Origin: an uncultured delta proteobacterium
GTDB taxonomy: Bacteria > Desulfobacterota > Desulfomonilia > Desulfomonilales > Desulfomonilaceae
Direction: 5' to 3'
NCBI GenBank assembly: GCA_963789265.1
Contig: CAWBKB010000003.1
Coordinates: forward strand, 640,001 to 704,000
Length of the DNA: 64,000 nt
Shown: positions 28,901-38,260 of the stretch, piece after piece
How positions within the stretch are numbered: position 1 is the first letter of the stretch
Layout of the letters: the number at the start of each line of letters is the position of its first letter
Position numbers and translations under genes: made by a program
The notes under the pieces: generated by a model
Seen by the model: only the letters and a program-made list of their open reading frames with translations
Told to the model about the DNA's origin: nothing
Database searches by the model: none

Positions 28901-31309
28901 CTAAATTTGTTGATAGGCTGCACAGATATCGCGGTGAAAGGATATCATCGTAAGGTTAATAAGCCGTGTCAAAGTATCCAGCGATGCCGTCTCGTTGAGC
29001 ACGTCGTCTCTGACTTGATCGAGAAATTCACAGCCTCCTCGATTCTCGATTGAATAGTGTATGGCCTCCCGGCAATCGGAAACGGAAGCCGCCTGTCCTG
29101 ACTCAAACAGTTGGAGATCTTCATGCAGAAAGTTTAGGCCTTCTAACAGATGGCGTTTCTTCATTGTAGTACGGTAGTACTCCTCTGCAGCCAAGTTGAA
29201 CGCATCGGCACTCATGGACAGAGGCCTCCTCGTGCCCGAAACCCGCAGTATTTCGCCCGTCAACTTCCCTGAGACCGAGAATTCGTCAGGCTTCTCCAAC
29301 CTTCTTATCAGATCTTCCATCGTTTCTTTCAAATTCAGCATCTCGATCAGGTCGGAGCCGTCTTTCAAAATGAGGCTCGCCAAAGCCAATCGGTACTGGC
29401 GGTTGTATATCCTCAAATATCCCGGGTAACGCCTGCTGTAGCGAACTGCCTTGGTGCGCTCTATTATTGTCCTCATGAAGAGGTTTCCGGTGCCGTTGAA
29501 TACAAAGAACGTCGGAAGCCCTATCGCGGACCCAAAGAAAATCTGCCTTCGTTCGCTTTCTATGAAGGGATCGTCAGGAATGTGAGTGTGTGTGACCGTT
29601 CCCTGAAGCACGTATTTGAACGCCAGGGCGGTAACGAGGCACTGGAGGTCGGCCGCGCGTGCCATATCACTTTCCAGGCTTTCAAACAGGCTGTAGTGGC
29701 GTCCTTCAAAGCCCGAAAACCCGACGGTTGCGAATTCGCGCAACCGATAAGGCAGATAGAGGGACATTTTTTCATCAAATACACCGAGGTCTGAAAGGTC
29801 CTTTTTCAGTCGGTCCGAGTTTCCGAGCGTACCGTCGAGCGCGGGACTCTCATTTGAGCTCATGACTGCCACCAGATAGTCTATGAGCCTAAAATCAGGG
29901 ACAACATCCCCTTTCGCCCGGAACGCGACGCTCAGCGCATCGTCTAAGGGCTCAATGCCAAAAGGAGTCATCGACCGACCGAATATTTTCAGGCTTGCCT
30001 TCTTTTTCCAGCGACGCCAGATCATCCTCAAGTGCGTATAGTCCAACTCGTGTGGCAGGAAGCTCAGGACCCTCTCAGGATGAAAATCCGAAAAGCCTAA
30101 CCTGTACGGGGCCGCGCTGTACGTTCCGACAAAGAGAGGCAGAAAGTGCTCCACTATTTTAATTACCAGGTCACCCAGGAATTTTTCGTCTGCGGCCCTA
30201 AACCCGGAAGATTCGTCTGCGAGAGCATCAGTGAGCTTCGCGCTGCCGAGGCTGATGTGGGTTCCGTTATTTGCAAGGCTGATGTTGGAGACATTTGGCA
30301 ATACAACTAGATTTCGGGTGATTATGCCTGCCTCTTTCAGCTTGGCGACCGCGTTTAATTGGCTACGGCTCAACACTTGATGGCACAAACACATGTAAGC
30401 GTGTTTGTCTTCTCCGTTGTCCCACCCGGAGAGGCATGGGCTCATAAAAAGTTCTCTGTAAAAGGAGTCGGAGATGCATTCATTTAGGCGTTTCTGACGA
30501 ATGGGTGGATGTGGGGAAAAGTATAGCAGGCTTTTCTGGTCTCTTTCTTTTAGCGAGAATTTTTCATTGGCATACATAATCAACAGTTGTGTCAATGCAT
30601 ATCGCTTCGATGTTTCTTTGGCTATTGCTCGACCGAACCCCGTCGCGAGCTGCAGCGGTACAACATGAAAAGAAAATGTTTCGGGCGATGTATTATCATT
30701 TAAGAGATGGTTCATCAGGCGCGTACCAGTACGACGGATGATCTCAGGGATCCCCTCTTGCGAGCCAATGATGTCCGCCAGAGACAATTTCAACATGTAA
30801 CTTATTGGTACTCTGAGAAATTGTTGATCCTGTTCGCGGTACAAAAATTTGTTGGCATCCCCTCTTGGCCGGCCATTCGGATTATTCTTGTCCACGAGCA
30901 GGTCGGAATCGAGGACGATTTTTGCAAAAGCGCTCAACCGGGCAATCGGGAACCTCACCCAGCTATTTTCCCACAGGCCCCCGGGATTTTCGTCCAAAAA
31001 TTCCTGAAGTTCGGTGACGGCTCTACGGGATGTGTCCCCCACAGAGGATCTCTTTATAATGTTTGCAAAATAGTTCGAGCGCTCAATAACTAAGGGCAGA
31101 TCAACGCAATCTTTGGAGCCGGATACGGCCGCCTGAAGCTCGTTTTCCGAACCTGCCGTAGCATCATCAAGCGAAAAGGGGATGGACTCTATGAACCCAG
31201 CTTGACGCGGGCCGGGGATGCCCAAAATCTGTCGGATTCTGTCGATGGATGGAAGATTTCTCTCTTCTCCTGCCGTTATCCTTTGAGACCGAAGCCCAAC
31301 CACCATCAC
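28901..31309 (-). CDS. Large hypothetical protein, putative COOH-NH2 ligase (GCS/PafA-like fold)
   Basis: 802-aa open frame. Motifs TAGSENELQ, NTSPE, NNGTHISLG and FEGRH in the expected order. Function is inferred. Confidence 0.6.
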   Translation of the reverse strand: MMVVGLRSQRITAGEERNLPSIDRIRQILGIPGPRQAGFIESIPFSLDDATAGSENELQAAVSGSKDCVDLPLVIERSNYFANIIKRSSVGDTSRRAVTELQEFLDENPGGLWENSWVRFPIARLSAFAKIVLDSDLLVDKNNPNGRPRGDANKFLYREQDQQFLRVPISYMLKLSLADIIGSQEGIPEIIRRTGTRLMNHLLNDNTSPETFSFHVVPLQLATGFGRAIAKETSKRYALTQLLIMYANEKFSLKERDQKSLLYFSPHPPIRQKRLNECISDSFYRELFMSPCLSGWDNGEDKHAYMCLCHQVLSRSQLNAVAKLKEAGIITRNLVVLPNVSNISLANNGTHISLGSAKLTDALADESSGFRAADEKFLGDLVIKIVEHFLPLFVGTYSAAPYRLGFSDFHPERVLSFLPHELDYTHLRMIWRRWKKKASLKIFGRSMTPFGIEPLDDALSVAFRAKGDVVPDFRLIDYLVAVMSSNESPALDGTLGNSDRLKKDLSDLGVFDEKMSLYLPYRLREFATVGFSGFEGRHYSLFESLESDMARAADLQCLVTALAFKYVLQGTVTHTHIPDDPFIESERRQIFFGSAIGLPTFFVFNGTGNLFMRTIIERTKAVRYSRRYPGYLRIYNRQYRLALASLILKDGSDLIEMLNLKETMEDLIRRLEKPDEFSVSGKLTGEILRVSGTRRPLSMSADAFNLAAEEYYRTTMKKRHLLEGLNFLHEDLQLFESGQAASVSDCREAIHYSIENRGGCEFLDQVRDDVLNETASLDTLTRLINLTMISFHRDICAAYQQI

Positions 31310-31547
31310 TCGGCCGCTCCCATATTGATCCTGAATTCATCTAACCACGTTAAGCACCAGTTATATTAGTAGCGAATTAAGATCGCGAAAGTTTTTTGTA
31401 AAAACTCTATAGCATAATCGGTCAATCGTACATCGTTTTGTTCTTTATTTTAAGTATCTAACAAAGTTCTCTTTGAATATTAATTTTGTCCTAATCTTTT
31501 GTAGCCAAAATGTTTACAAGAGAAAATTAAGTAAATGAAAGTGGAGC

Positions 31548-32510
31548 ATGATACTCATGAGAGTTTCTAGGCAATCCGGCATCACAGGATGTCATGGCGA
31601 CCGTTATCAGGCTAATAGACTGATTGACGCCGCGCGCTCGGGCGATCTGGAGCATTTGTGCTCTCTATTGAGTTCCGGAGTCTCTGTTGATTCCAGAGAT
31701 GAGGAGGACAGAACCGCACTATTATGGGCCTGTGCGGAAGGAAGGACCGATGCGGTGAAGATTCTGGTCGGAGCCGGCGCAAATCTCAACCATGCATCGA
31801 GGCATGGGTCGACTCCTCTGATTGAAGCTTCACTTTGGGGGCATGAAAATATAGTGAAATTACTTTTGCAAAGCGGTGCGGACGTTGAGTCGCGGGAAGA
31901 GCTTCTGGGGGGCACACCGTTGATGTTCGCCTGTTTGGCCGGACACCTGGAGATTGCAAAGGAACTGCTGGATCACGGCGCAGCGATAGAGGCCCGAGAC
32001 AAGGATAGACGAACGCCCCTTTTGGAGGCTGCTTTCGGAGGGTATTCGGAATTAGTTAAGATGCTTCTGAGTCGGGGCGCGGATGTAAACTGCCGAAACG
32101 TGCATGGCACGACCGCGCTTATCGCAGCGTCCATCACGGGGCAACCCCAACTTGTTGAGCTGCTGCTGGACCGAGGGGCAGATGCTAATGTCGGCAACAA
32201 GTACGGGAAAACGCCCCTCATGGAGGCTTCACTGAGCGGCTGCTGGAAAACAGTTGAAATTCTTTTGGCCAGGGGGGCAAAGGCTACAGCCGCGGATAAT
32301 GACGGCAAGACCGCCCTGATGCTGGCAGCCCTATCGGATCACCAGGAAGTGGTTCGAATGCTTTTAAGGTACGGCGCGGACGTCAATCAAAAGGATAACG
32401 CTGGAAACACCGCTGTGACAGAGGCCATCAAGTTCGGTCGAAAAGATCTGGTGAAGCAACTTCTGGCCAACCTCCCGGAGGACTCCAGCACGTGTGACTC
32501 GGCAGCATGA
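31548..32510 (+). CDS. Ankyrin repeat protein
   Basis: About 9 repeats of G.TPL..A...G...VKLLL..GADVN. Confidence 0.93.
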   Translation: MILMRVSRQSGITGCHGDRYQANRLIDAARSGDLEHLCSLLSSGVSVDSRDEEDRTALLWACAEGRTDAVKILVGAGANLNHASRHGSTPLIEASLWGHENIVKLLLQSGADVESREELLGGTPLMFACLAGHLEIAKELLDHGAAIEARDKDRRTPLLEAAFGGYSELVKMLLSRGADVNCRNVHGTTALIAASITGQPQLVELLLDRGADANVGNKYGKTPLMEASLSGCWKTVEILLARGAKATAADNDGKTALMLAALSDHQEVVRMLLRYGADVNQKDNAGNTAVTEAIKFGRKDLVKQLLANLPEDSSTCDSAA

Positions 32511-32610
32511 ATTCTCATCGTAACCGTTAAGCAAAACATGCCGACCAGTGGGAGAATACTGAGCCCTCGCCGATGCGCTCTTATACCAATTCGAGTTCAA
32601 CGTTGAAATG

Positions 32611-32657
32611 AAATCCCCTCTAACTCCCCTATATTAAAGGGGGGAAAGGGGGATTTT
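32611..32657. repeat. C-run/G-run palindromic repeat
   Basis: AAATCCCCTCTAACTCCCCTATATTAAAGGGGGGAAAGGGGGATTTT. Confidence 0.5.
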
Positions 32658-33117
32658 GAATGCGAATTGGTATTATTCATTGTGCGAGAAAGTCGAAAGG
32701 TTTCTCTTTGCTCCATGATCAGGTCTCGGCGGCGGCGAGGAGTCGAGTCCCCACGGTTTCGCCGTTTTCGGACCAATTCCCCATACGGAGTATCCGCGAC
32801 CGGCCTGAAAGGCAAACCCCACGTTCAGCAGAGTTGCTGGTATGTTCCACGCCCCGGCGATCCAGGAAGGTGAACAGATAATTCCGAAGACTTAATAACG
32901 CAAAAGAAGACACAAATATCGACGCTGAGTTACAAGAGTTGCAAGACAGATTTACTCAACTCAGACAAATGGCGGATGATTTAGGAACCTCCACTTGGGC
33001 ACTCCTGAAAGCCAAAGCATCTTCATGCTTGCTTCTATTTTCTTGACCATAGTGTTACTTGTGAGTTGTGATTTATGCTTCCAGTCATGGAGCATTCCAA
33101 AGAAAGGAATCCAGATC

Positions 33118-33900
33118 ATGGGGCAGGATTCACTGAAGTTTACCTACATCGGCGGACCGACCGCGCTGCTCGAATTCGGCGGACTTCGGATGCTCACCGA
33201 CCCGACGTTCGACCCTGGCGGGTCGCAGTATCCGACCGGCGCCTATACCTTGCGGAAAATCGCCGCTCCCGCACTTAGTGCCGAATCTCTTGGTCGCATT
33301 GATGCCGTACTGCTTAGCCACGACCATCACTTTGATAACCTTGATCGCGCCGGACGCGATCTGCTCAAGCGCGCAGGGATTGTACTCACTACGCGGGCAG
33401 GAGCCGAAAGACTGGGCGGCAAAGCTGTTGGTCTCGCTCCCTGGGCGAGTGCGGACCTGACGAGCCCAGAGGGTCGCGTTGTGCGGATCACGGGGACCCC
33501 GGCACGGCATGGGCCGGTTGACGGAGATCGCGGCCCGGTTACCGGCTTTGTGCTGGCCCTGGCAGAATCTACGAAAAGCGCAATCTATATTTCCGGCGAT
33601 ACGGTCTGGTGCGAAGGTGTAGCCGAGGTTGGCCGACGCTTCTCCGTCGGGGTTGCTGTCTTGTTCATGGGAGCAGCCCGCGTTCCGGAGGTTGGGCCCG
33701 CGCATCTCACCTTCACCGCACACGAGGCAGTTGAAGCCTCTCGCGTGTTTGCAGGTGCCACCATTATTCCTCTGCATTACGAAGGGTGGGCGCACTTCTC
33801 GGAGTCTCGCGAGGAAATTGAGGCTACTTTCGCCTTTGAGGGACTGGGACACCGCCTGCGATGGATGGAACCGGGCCGTGCGTCCACTGTTACCTACTAG
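33118..33900 (+). CDS. MBL-fold metallo-hydrolase
   Basis: LTDPTFD, LSHDHHFDNLD, YISGDT, PLHYEGWAHF. Confidence 0.88.
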   Translation: MGQDSLKFTYIGGPTALLEFGGLRMLTDPTFDPGGSQYPTGAYTLRKIAAPALSAESLGRIDAVLLSHDHHFDNLDRAGRDLLKRAGIVLTTRAGAERLGGKAVGLAPWASADLTSPEGRVVRITGTPARHGPVDGDRGPVTGFVLALAESTKSAIYISGDTVWCEGVAEVGRRFSVGVAVLFMGAARVPEVGPAHLTFTAHEAVEASRVFAGATIIPLHYEGWAHFSESREEIEATFAFEGLGHRLRWMEPGRASTVTY

Positions 33901-34079
33901 GGCAAACGATCTCCGCAAAGACCTGGGAGATCGTCGCGGAAGCCATAGCTTTAAACTTAGCGGCTTGAGAATCTCAATCAGCCCGTACCTTCGCTATGAC
34001 GTAGTCAACTGGATGCACAACGTCGCTCAACAACCAGCTCGATGGGGACGCTGCGTAGCTTCCGCGTTTTAGCCGCGGC

Positions 34080-34889
34080 GTGGCATTTGATTTTCCAATA
34101 GGAGGATTAGACTTGGCTGGGCATCGAAAACGCATACTGGATCAATTCACGAGACAGGCTGTTCCTTTTTCCTCAGCGCCGGCAATGAAGAACGAGGATG
34201 CCCTTAGGCTATTGATAGATTTCGCCGGCGCCTCGTCACACGACACTGTCCTTGATGTGGCTTGCGGCCCCGGCATCGTTGTTTGCGCGTTCGCTGACGT
34301 CGTAGAGCACGCTACCGGAATTGACCTGACTCCGGCCATGATTGAGCGGGCGCGGCTTCTGCAAGCGGAAAAAGGACTGGATAATATAACCTGGCAAGTG
34401 GGTGATATAGTGCCGCTGCCCTGTCCCGACTGCTCTTTTTCCATTGTCACCTCGCGCTACGCTTTTCATCATCTGGAGGCGCCGCAGGCCGCGTTGTCCG
34501 AGATGAAGCGTGTCTGCCGGGTGGGTGGCAAAGTTCTTCTGATAGATCAGGTAGCGTCCGCGATTCCGGAAGAGGCTGAGGCTCTGAATCGTATGGAGCG
34601 CCTTCGCGATCCCTCGCATGTGCGGTCCTTGACCCTTGAGGAACTGCGGGAACGCTCTGCAAGCGTTGGGCTTTCCAGCCCGCGAGTAGGTTATTACACG
34701 GTAGAGGTGGAACTGGAAACGCTGCTCAGAGGTTCTTTCCCAAATAAAGGGGATGGAGAAAAGGTGCGACAAATGATCATGGAATCGCTGGATCATGGCG
34801 GGATGGGCGTCAAGATTCGACGTGTGAATGGGAAAGTGATCTTCTCCTATCCGATCGCTGTGCTGATGGCAGAGAGACAGGATGACTGA
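34080..34889 (+). CDS. Class I SAM-dependent methyltransferase
   Basis: VLDVACGPG, RYAFHH, RDPSHVR. Start position uncertain. Confidence 0.88.
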   Translation: MAFDFPIGGLDLAGHRKRILDQFTRQAVPFSSAPAMKNEDALRLLIDFAGASSHDTVLDVACGPGIVVCAFADVVEHATGIDLTPAMIERARLLQAEKGLDNITWQVGDIVPLPCPDCSFSIVTSRYAFHHLEAPQAALSEMKRVCRVGGKVLLIDQVASAIPEEAEALNRMERLRDPSHVRSLTLEELRERSASVGLSSPRVGYYTVEVELETLLRGSFPNKGDGEKVRQMIMESLDHGGMGVKIRRVNGKVIFSYPIAVLMAERQDD

Positions 34890-34930
34890 TCCGAGTTCGC
34901 GGCCAGACGATCAGCAATCAAGTAAAGTAA

Positions 34931-35146
34931 AGCACGGATCTGACATATCCTCCGGCGTCCAGCGGGATAGCGCCCGAGCGTAAGTGTTTCGAGTAGGAAG
35001 AAGTCATCTGGAAACGACACTGACCTGGCGCCATGATGGTGCTCAGGTCAGTGGCACCCAACATCCAGTCAAGATCGGGTACTGGGTGCTACGGATCTAG
35101 GCTCTGTCAGATCCGTGCTGCATTTCCTCGATTGTTCACCGTTTGA
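34931..35146. mobile_element. MITE-like element, family B, bounded by AGCACGGATCTGACA inverted repeats
   Basis: Perfect 15-bp IR at 34931-34945 and 35105-35119. Internal and flanking segments are shared with the copies at 37601 and 48725. Confidence 0.7.
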
Positions 35147-35166
35147 CCATGCCCTGGACTACTTGT

Positions 35167-35409
35167 ATGAAAGCGAAATGGTATCAGACAGTACAATCGG
35201 TCACGAAGGCCGTCCCGTTGTTGCTGAAATTTCCGGAACGGAGGTTCTGGGCGGATTATGACTCGGAGGCAGATGTCCTGTACATCAGCTTTCGTCATCC
35301 CCAGAAAGCTATAGACACGGAGATGACTGAGGAAGGGATTTTGTTGCGCTTTAGGGGCGATGAGCTTGTCGGAATGACAATTTTGGATGCCTCAACACGC
35401 TCTACATAA
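35167..35409 (+). CDS. DUF2283-family small protein (putative antitoxin)
   Basis: YDSEADVLYISF..DELVGMTILDAS. Start position uncertain. Confidence 0.75.
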   Translation: MKAKWYQTVQSVTKAVPLLLKFPERRFWADYDSEADVLYISFRHPQKAIDTEMTEEGILLRFRGDELVGMTILDASTRST

Positions 35410-35637
35410 GGCAGCATTCCGCCCGGATTTAACCCGCGCAACTGTGCCTCAACCTACCCCCGGGCATCGCGTATCCCCTCTTTTCCATTTATGATACCCT
35501 ACCGGTTGACTGAAGGTATCCCGCCTTACTCTCTCTTGAAGCGGCTTTCCAGTCTCTGAACCGGCATCAGATCTGGCACTCGGTGACTTTTCAGCATTGC
35601 CGTAAGCGGGCGCCTAAGCGACCAAATTTTGGCAACT

Positions 35638-36324
35638 TCAGTGCCTGGGGCCAAAGAGCGTCGTGCCGATCCTCACAAGAGTCGCCCCCTCTTCCACGGC
35701 CACTTCGAAATCGCCCGACATGCCCATCGAAAGCTCGTTCATCTCAGGGGACAGTATACCTGAACGCGTGAGCCTTTCGCTTAGCTCTCGCAGGCGGGCG
35801 AAATAGGGGCGTGCCCGGTCCGGATCATCGAAAAACGGGGGCATGGTCATGAATCCGATAAGATTTACCAACGGCAAGCCGCGAATCGACTCGACCAACT
35901 TCTCAACCTCGTTTTCACTGATCCCGGATTTTTGGGGCTCCCCAGAAAGATTTACCTGGATCATCACCCCTAGAGAACGATTTAGGGTCTCAGCCCGGTG
36001 ATTCAGGGTTTCCGCCACCTTCACATCGTCCACGGTCTCGATCACGTTGAACAGTTCCGCTGCCTTGCCGGCTTTGTTTTTCTGGAGATGCCCGATCATG
36101 TGAAACGCGACATCTGCCGGGAGCCTTTCCGGAAGCTCCTTGTAGGCTTCCTGAAGATAATTGTGCCCAATTATTTTGATGCCGGCAGCCAAGGCTTCTT
36201 CTATCTTTGCCCGACCTTGCCCCTTCGCGGCAGCCACGATTCGGACTCCTTTAGGGTTGCGGCCGACGCGTGTCGCGGCTGCGGCAATCTTGTTCCTAAT
36301 GAAAGCGAGGTTATCTGCGATCAT
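35638..36324 (-). CDS. yggS: PLP homeostasis protein YggS
   Basis: HMIGHLQKNK, LSMGMSGDFEVAVEEGATLVRIGT. Confidence 0.93.
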   Translation of the reverse strand: MIADNLAFIRNKIAAAATRVGRNPKGVRIVAAAKGQGRAKIEEALAAGIKIIGHNYLQEAYKELPERLPADVAFHMIGHLQKNKAGKAAELFNVIETVDDVKVAETLNHRAETLNRSLGVMIQVNLSGEPQKSGISENEVEKLVESIRGLPLVNLIGFMTMPPFFDDPDRARPYFARLRELSERLTRSGILSPEMNELSMGMSGDFEVAVEEGATLVRIGTTLFGPRH

Positions 36325-36935
36325 GGTTTTCGATTGGCCCCCAGGAAGTCGAAAATGCCCAGTTCTTTCAAATCGCGAGCCAACTCGCAAATCGGAAGTC
36401 CCACTACATTGGTATATGAGCCCGAAATCCTCTCTACAATTCCGGAACCAATCCCTTGAATCGCGTATGCGCCGGCTTTATCCATTGGCTCGCCCGTATC
36501 GACATAATCAGTTATCTCCCGCGGTACCAGGTCTCGAATATGAACCTTGGATTTGACGCAGCGCACTCGTTTAAGCTCGGGAAAACTTGCACGGACAATC
36601 GCATAGCCGGTGAATACCTCATGGGTCCTTCCTGCAAGCATGGTCAACATGGCCCGAGCTTCGTTTTCATCGCAGGGCTTGCCGAGGATCTTCCCATCTA
36701 TGAGGACAATGGTGTCCGCGCCCAGTATCCACTGGTTGGGAATACGCCTCGAGACGTCTTCCGCCTTGTCGAGGGCAAGCCTGGAGACATGAGCTTGTGG
36801 GGTTTCACTTTCCAGATACTCTTCCCGTATGCCGGAGGGAACCACGCGGAAGCGAGCCCTCAGCCCGGCCAATAAATCCCTCCTCCTGGGCGATGCGGAT
36901 GCTAGGATCAAGTCTACCATTGAGCTCTTCGCCAT
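36321..36935 (-). CDS. maf: Maf nucleotide pyrophosphatase
   Basis: LILASASPRR, GADTIV, DKAGAYAIQ, NVVGLP. Confidence 0.95.
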   Translation of the reverse strand: MAKSSMVDLILASASPRRRDLLAGLRARFRVVPSGIREEYLESETPQAHVSRLALDKAEDVSRRIPNQWILGADTIVLIDGKILGKPCDENEARAMLTMLAGRTHEVFTGYAIVRASFPELKRVRCVKSKVHIRDLVPREITDYVDTGEPMDKAGAYAIQGIGSGIVERISGSYTNVVGLPICELARDLKELGIFDFLGANRKP

Positions 36936-37112
36936 GCCTTCCACGTTGATGTGCACCTTAACGGATTATTGTGACGGAATAAAGTCCGGATTGCCGACCT
37001 CATGGTACAAACCACCTATGGAAGGTCGAGAAGCGGTTCACTTCGCTCTGGACACTCAGGATAGGCTCTGCTAAAAGAATGAAGTCAAATTTACGAGTAT
37101 AAGGAGACTATT

Positions 37113-37532
37113 TTGATAAAGCACTTGTTTTTTATTGCCACATTTGCAGTAAGCGCTGTGTTTCTTTGTGCCGCGCTCACCGAGGCGGCCAAGGTCCTGA
37201 CGACGGCGTCAGGACTGAAGATCGAAATCGTTCAGGAGGGGAACGGGCCGCTTCCCCAAAAAGGGCAAACCGTAATAGTACATTACGTCGGCACACTCCA
37301 AAACGGCAAAAAATTCGACAGCTCCAGGGATCGCGGTACGCCATTCAGCTTCGTCCTTGGACAGGGACAGGTCATTCGTGGATGGGACGAAGGGATCGCC
37401 TTAATGAAAGTAGGAAGTAGAGCCCGACTGACGATACCTCCTCAACTGGGATACGGCAGTGGAGGCGCGGGAAATGTGATTCCACCCAATGCTACCCTAA
37501 TATTTGATGTTGAATTGCTTGGAGTAAAGTGA
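37113..37532 (+). CDS. FKBP-type peptidyl-prolyl isomerase with signal peptide
   Basis: VHYVGTL..KFDSSRDRG, VIRGWDEG, IPPNATLIFDVELL. Confidence 0.93.
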   Translation: MIKHLFFIATFAVSAVFLCAALTEAAKVLTTASGLKIEIVQEGNGPLPQKGQTVIVHYVGTLQNGKKFDSSRDRGTPFSFVLGQGQVIRGWDEGIALMKVGSRARLTIPPQLGYGSGGAGNVIPPNATLIFDVELLGVK

Positions 37533-37600
37533 GCCCGAAAGTTCCACGCGGACGCTTAACATCGGTTTTGAGCTTAATCAAGGAAAGACCCGCTAAATCC

Positions 37601-37705
37601 AGCACGGATCTGACAAATCCTCCCATAAGACGCGGGAAGCGCCGTCATGGCGGCGGGTCAATGCCGTTTGCTATTTGCCGATTCTCACTTATTCGAGAGC
37701 GAACC
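37601..37705 (+). repeat. Family B repeat, partial copy
   Basis: AGCACGGATCTGACAAATCCTCCC..GACGCGGGAAGC..TGCCGTTTGCTAT..ATTCTCACTT aligns with 48752-48857. Confidence 0.75.
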
Positions 37706-37940
37706 AGTGTCAATGCTTTATGGCGAACCGACATGAGAATTGCGGGCAAGGCCATTCGTCGGACACGGCCTTTCCCGCAAGACTTTTCGCCGATGCGCAT
37801 GACACCGGATTAATGATTTTGGGATATGTTTGGGGGAAAAAAGCGCTTACAGGTGAGATAAAAGAGGGCTCGTAATGTCGAATTTCGTCCTATGAATCTT
37901 GAGGACCCGAACTGGTCGTCACCGCCTCAGCAGTTGAGAC

Positions 37941-38126
37941 TCAAGAAGACTCTTCGACCTGCGTGCGTATTTCCTGGCCGAATTGATCGCTGAACAGATC
38001 CGCGTACCTCAGGATCCAGTCAATAACCGCATCCATGCCCAGATCTTTACCGGCCTTTTCCGACTCTATCCATTTGTGCCGCTCTATTTCCCGGCTCTGA
38101 ATCTCCAGGTATGTTTTTACGTCCAT
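37941..38126 (-). CDS. Small DUF4032-like protein
   Basis: EIERHKWIESEKAGKDLG..A..DW motif. Confidence 0.7.
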   Translation of the reverse strand: MDVKTYLEIQSREIERHKWIESEKAGKDLGMDAVIDWILRYADLFSDQFGQEIRTQVEESS

Positions 38127-38260
38127 CTCTCTACCCAGGGATCTGCGTTGTCGATATCTTCCCAATCGTGTATTATGCCCGCTTACTATCTATAGCACCT
38201 GCTTGCCGCGTGTCAAGCTTAATGTGCGGGTGCGGATCAGCGAACCGGAGGCTGGGAAAA

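Noticed and set aside
32660..32995. Possible gene remnant between the ankyrin and MBL genes
   Set aside because: Short coding-like stretch that I could not assign to any family.
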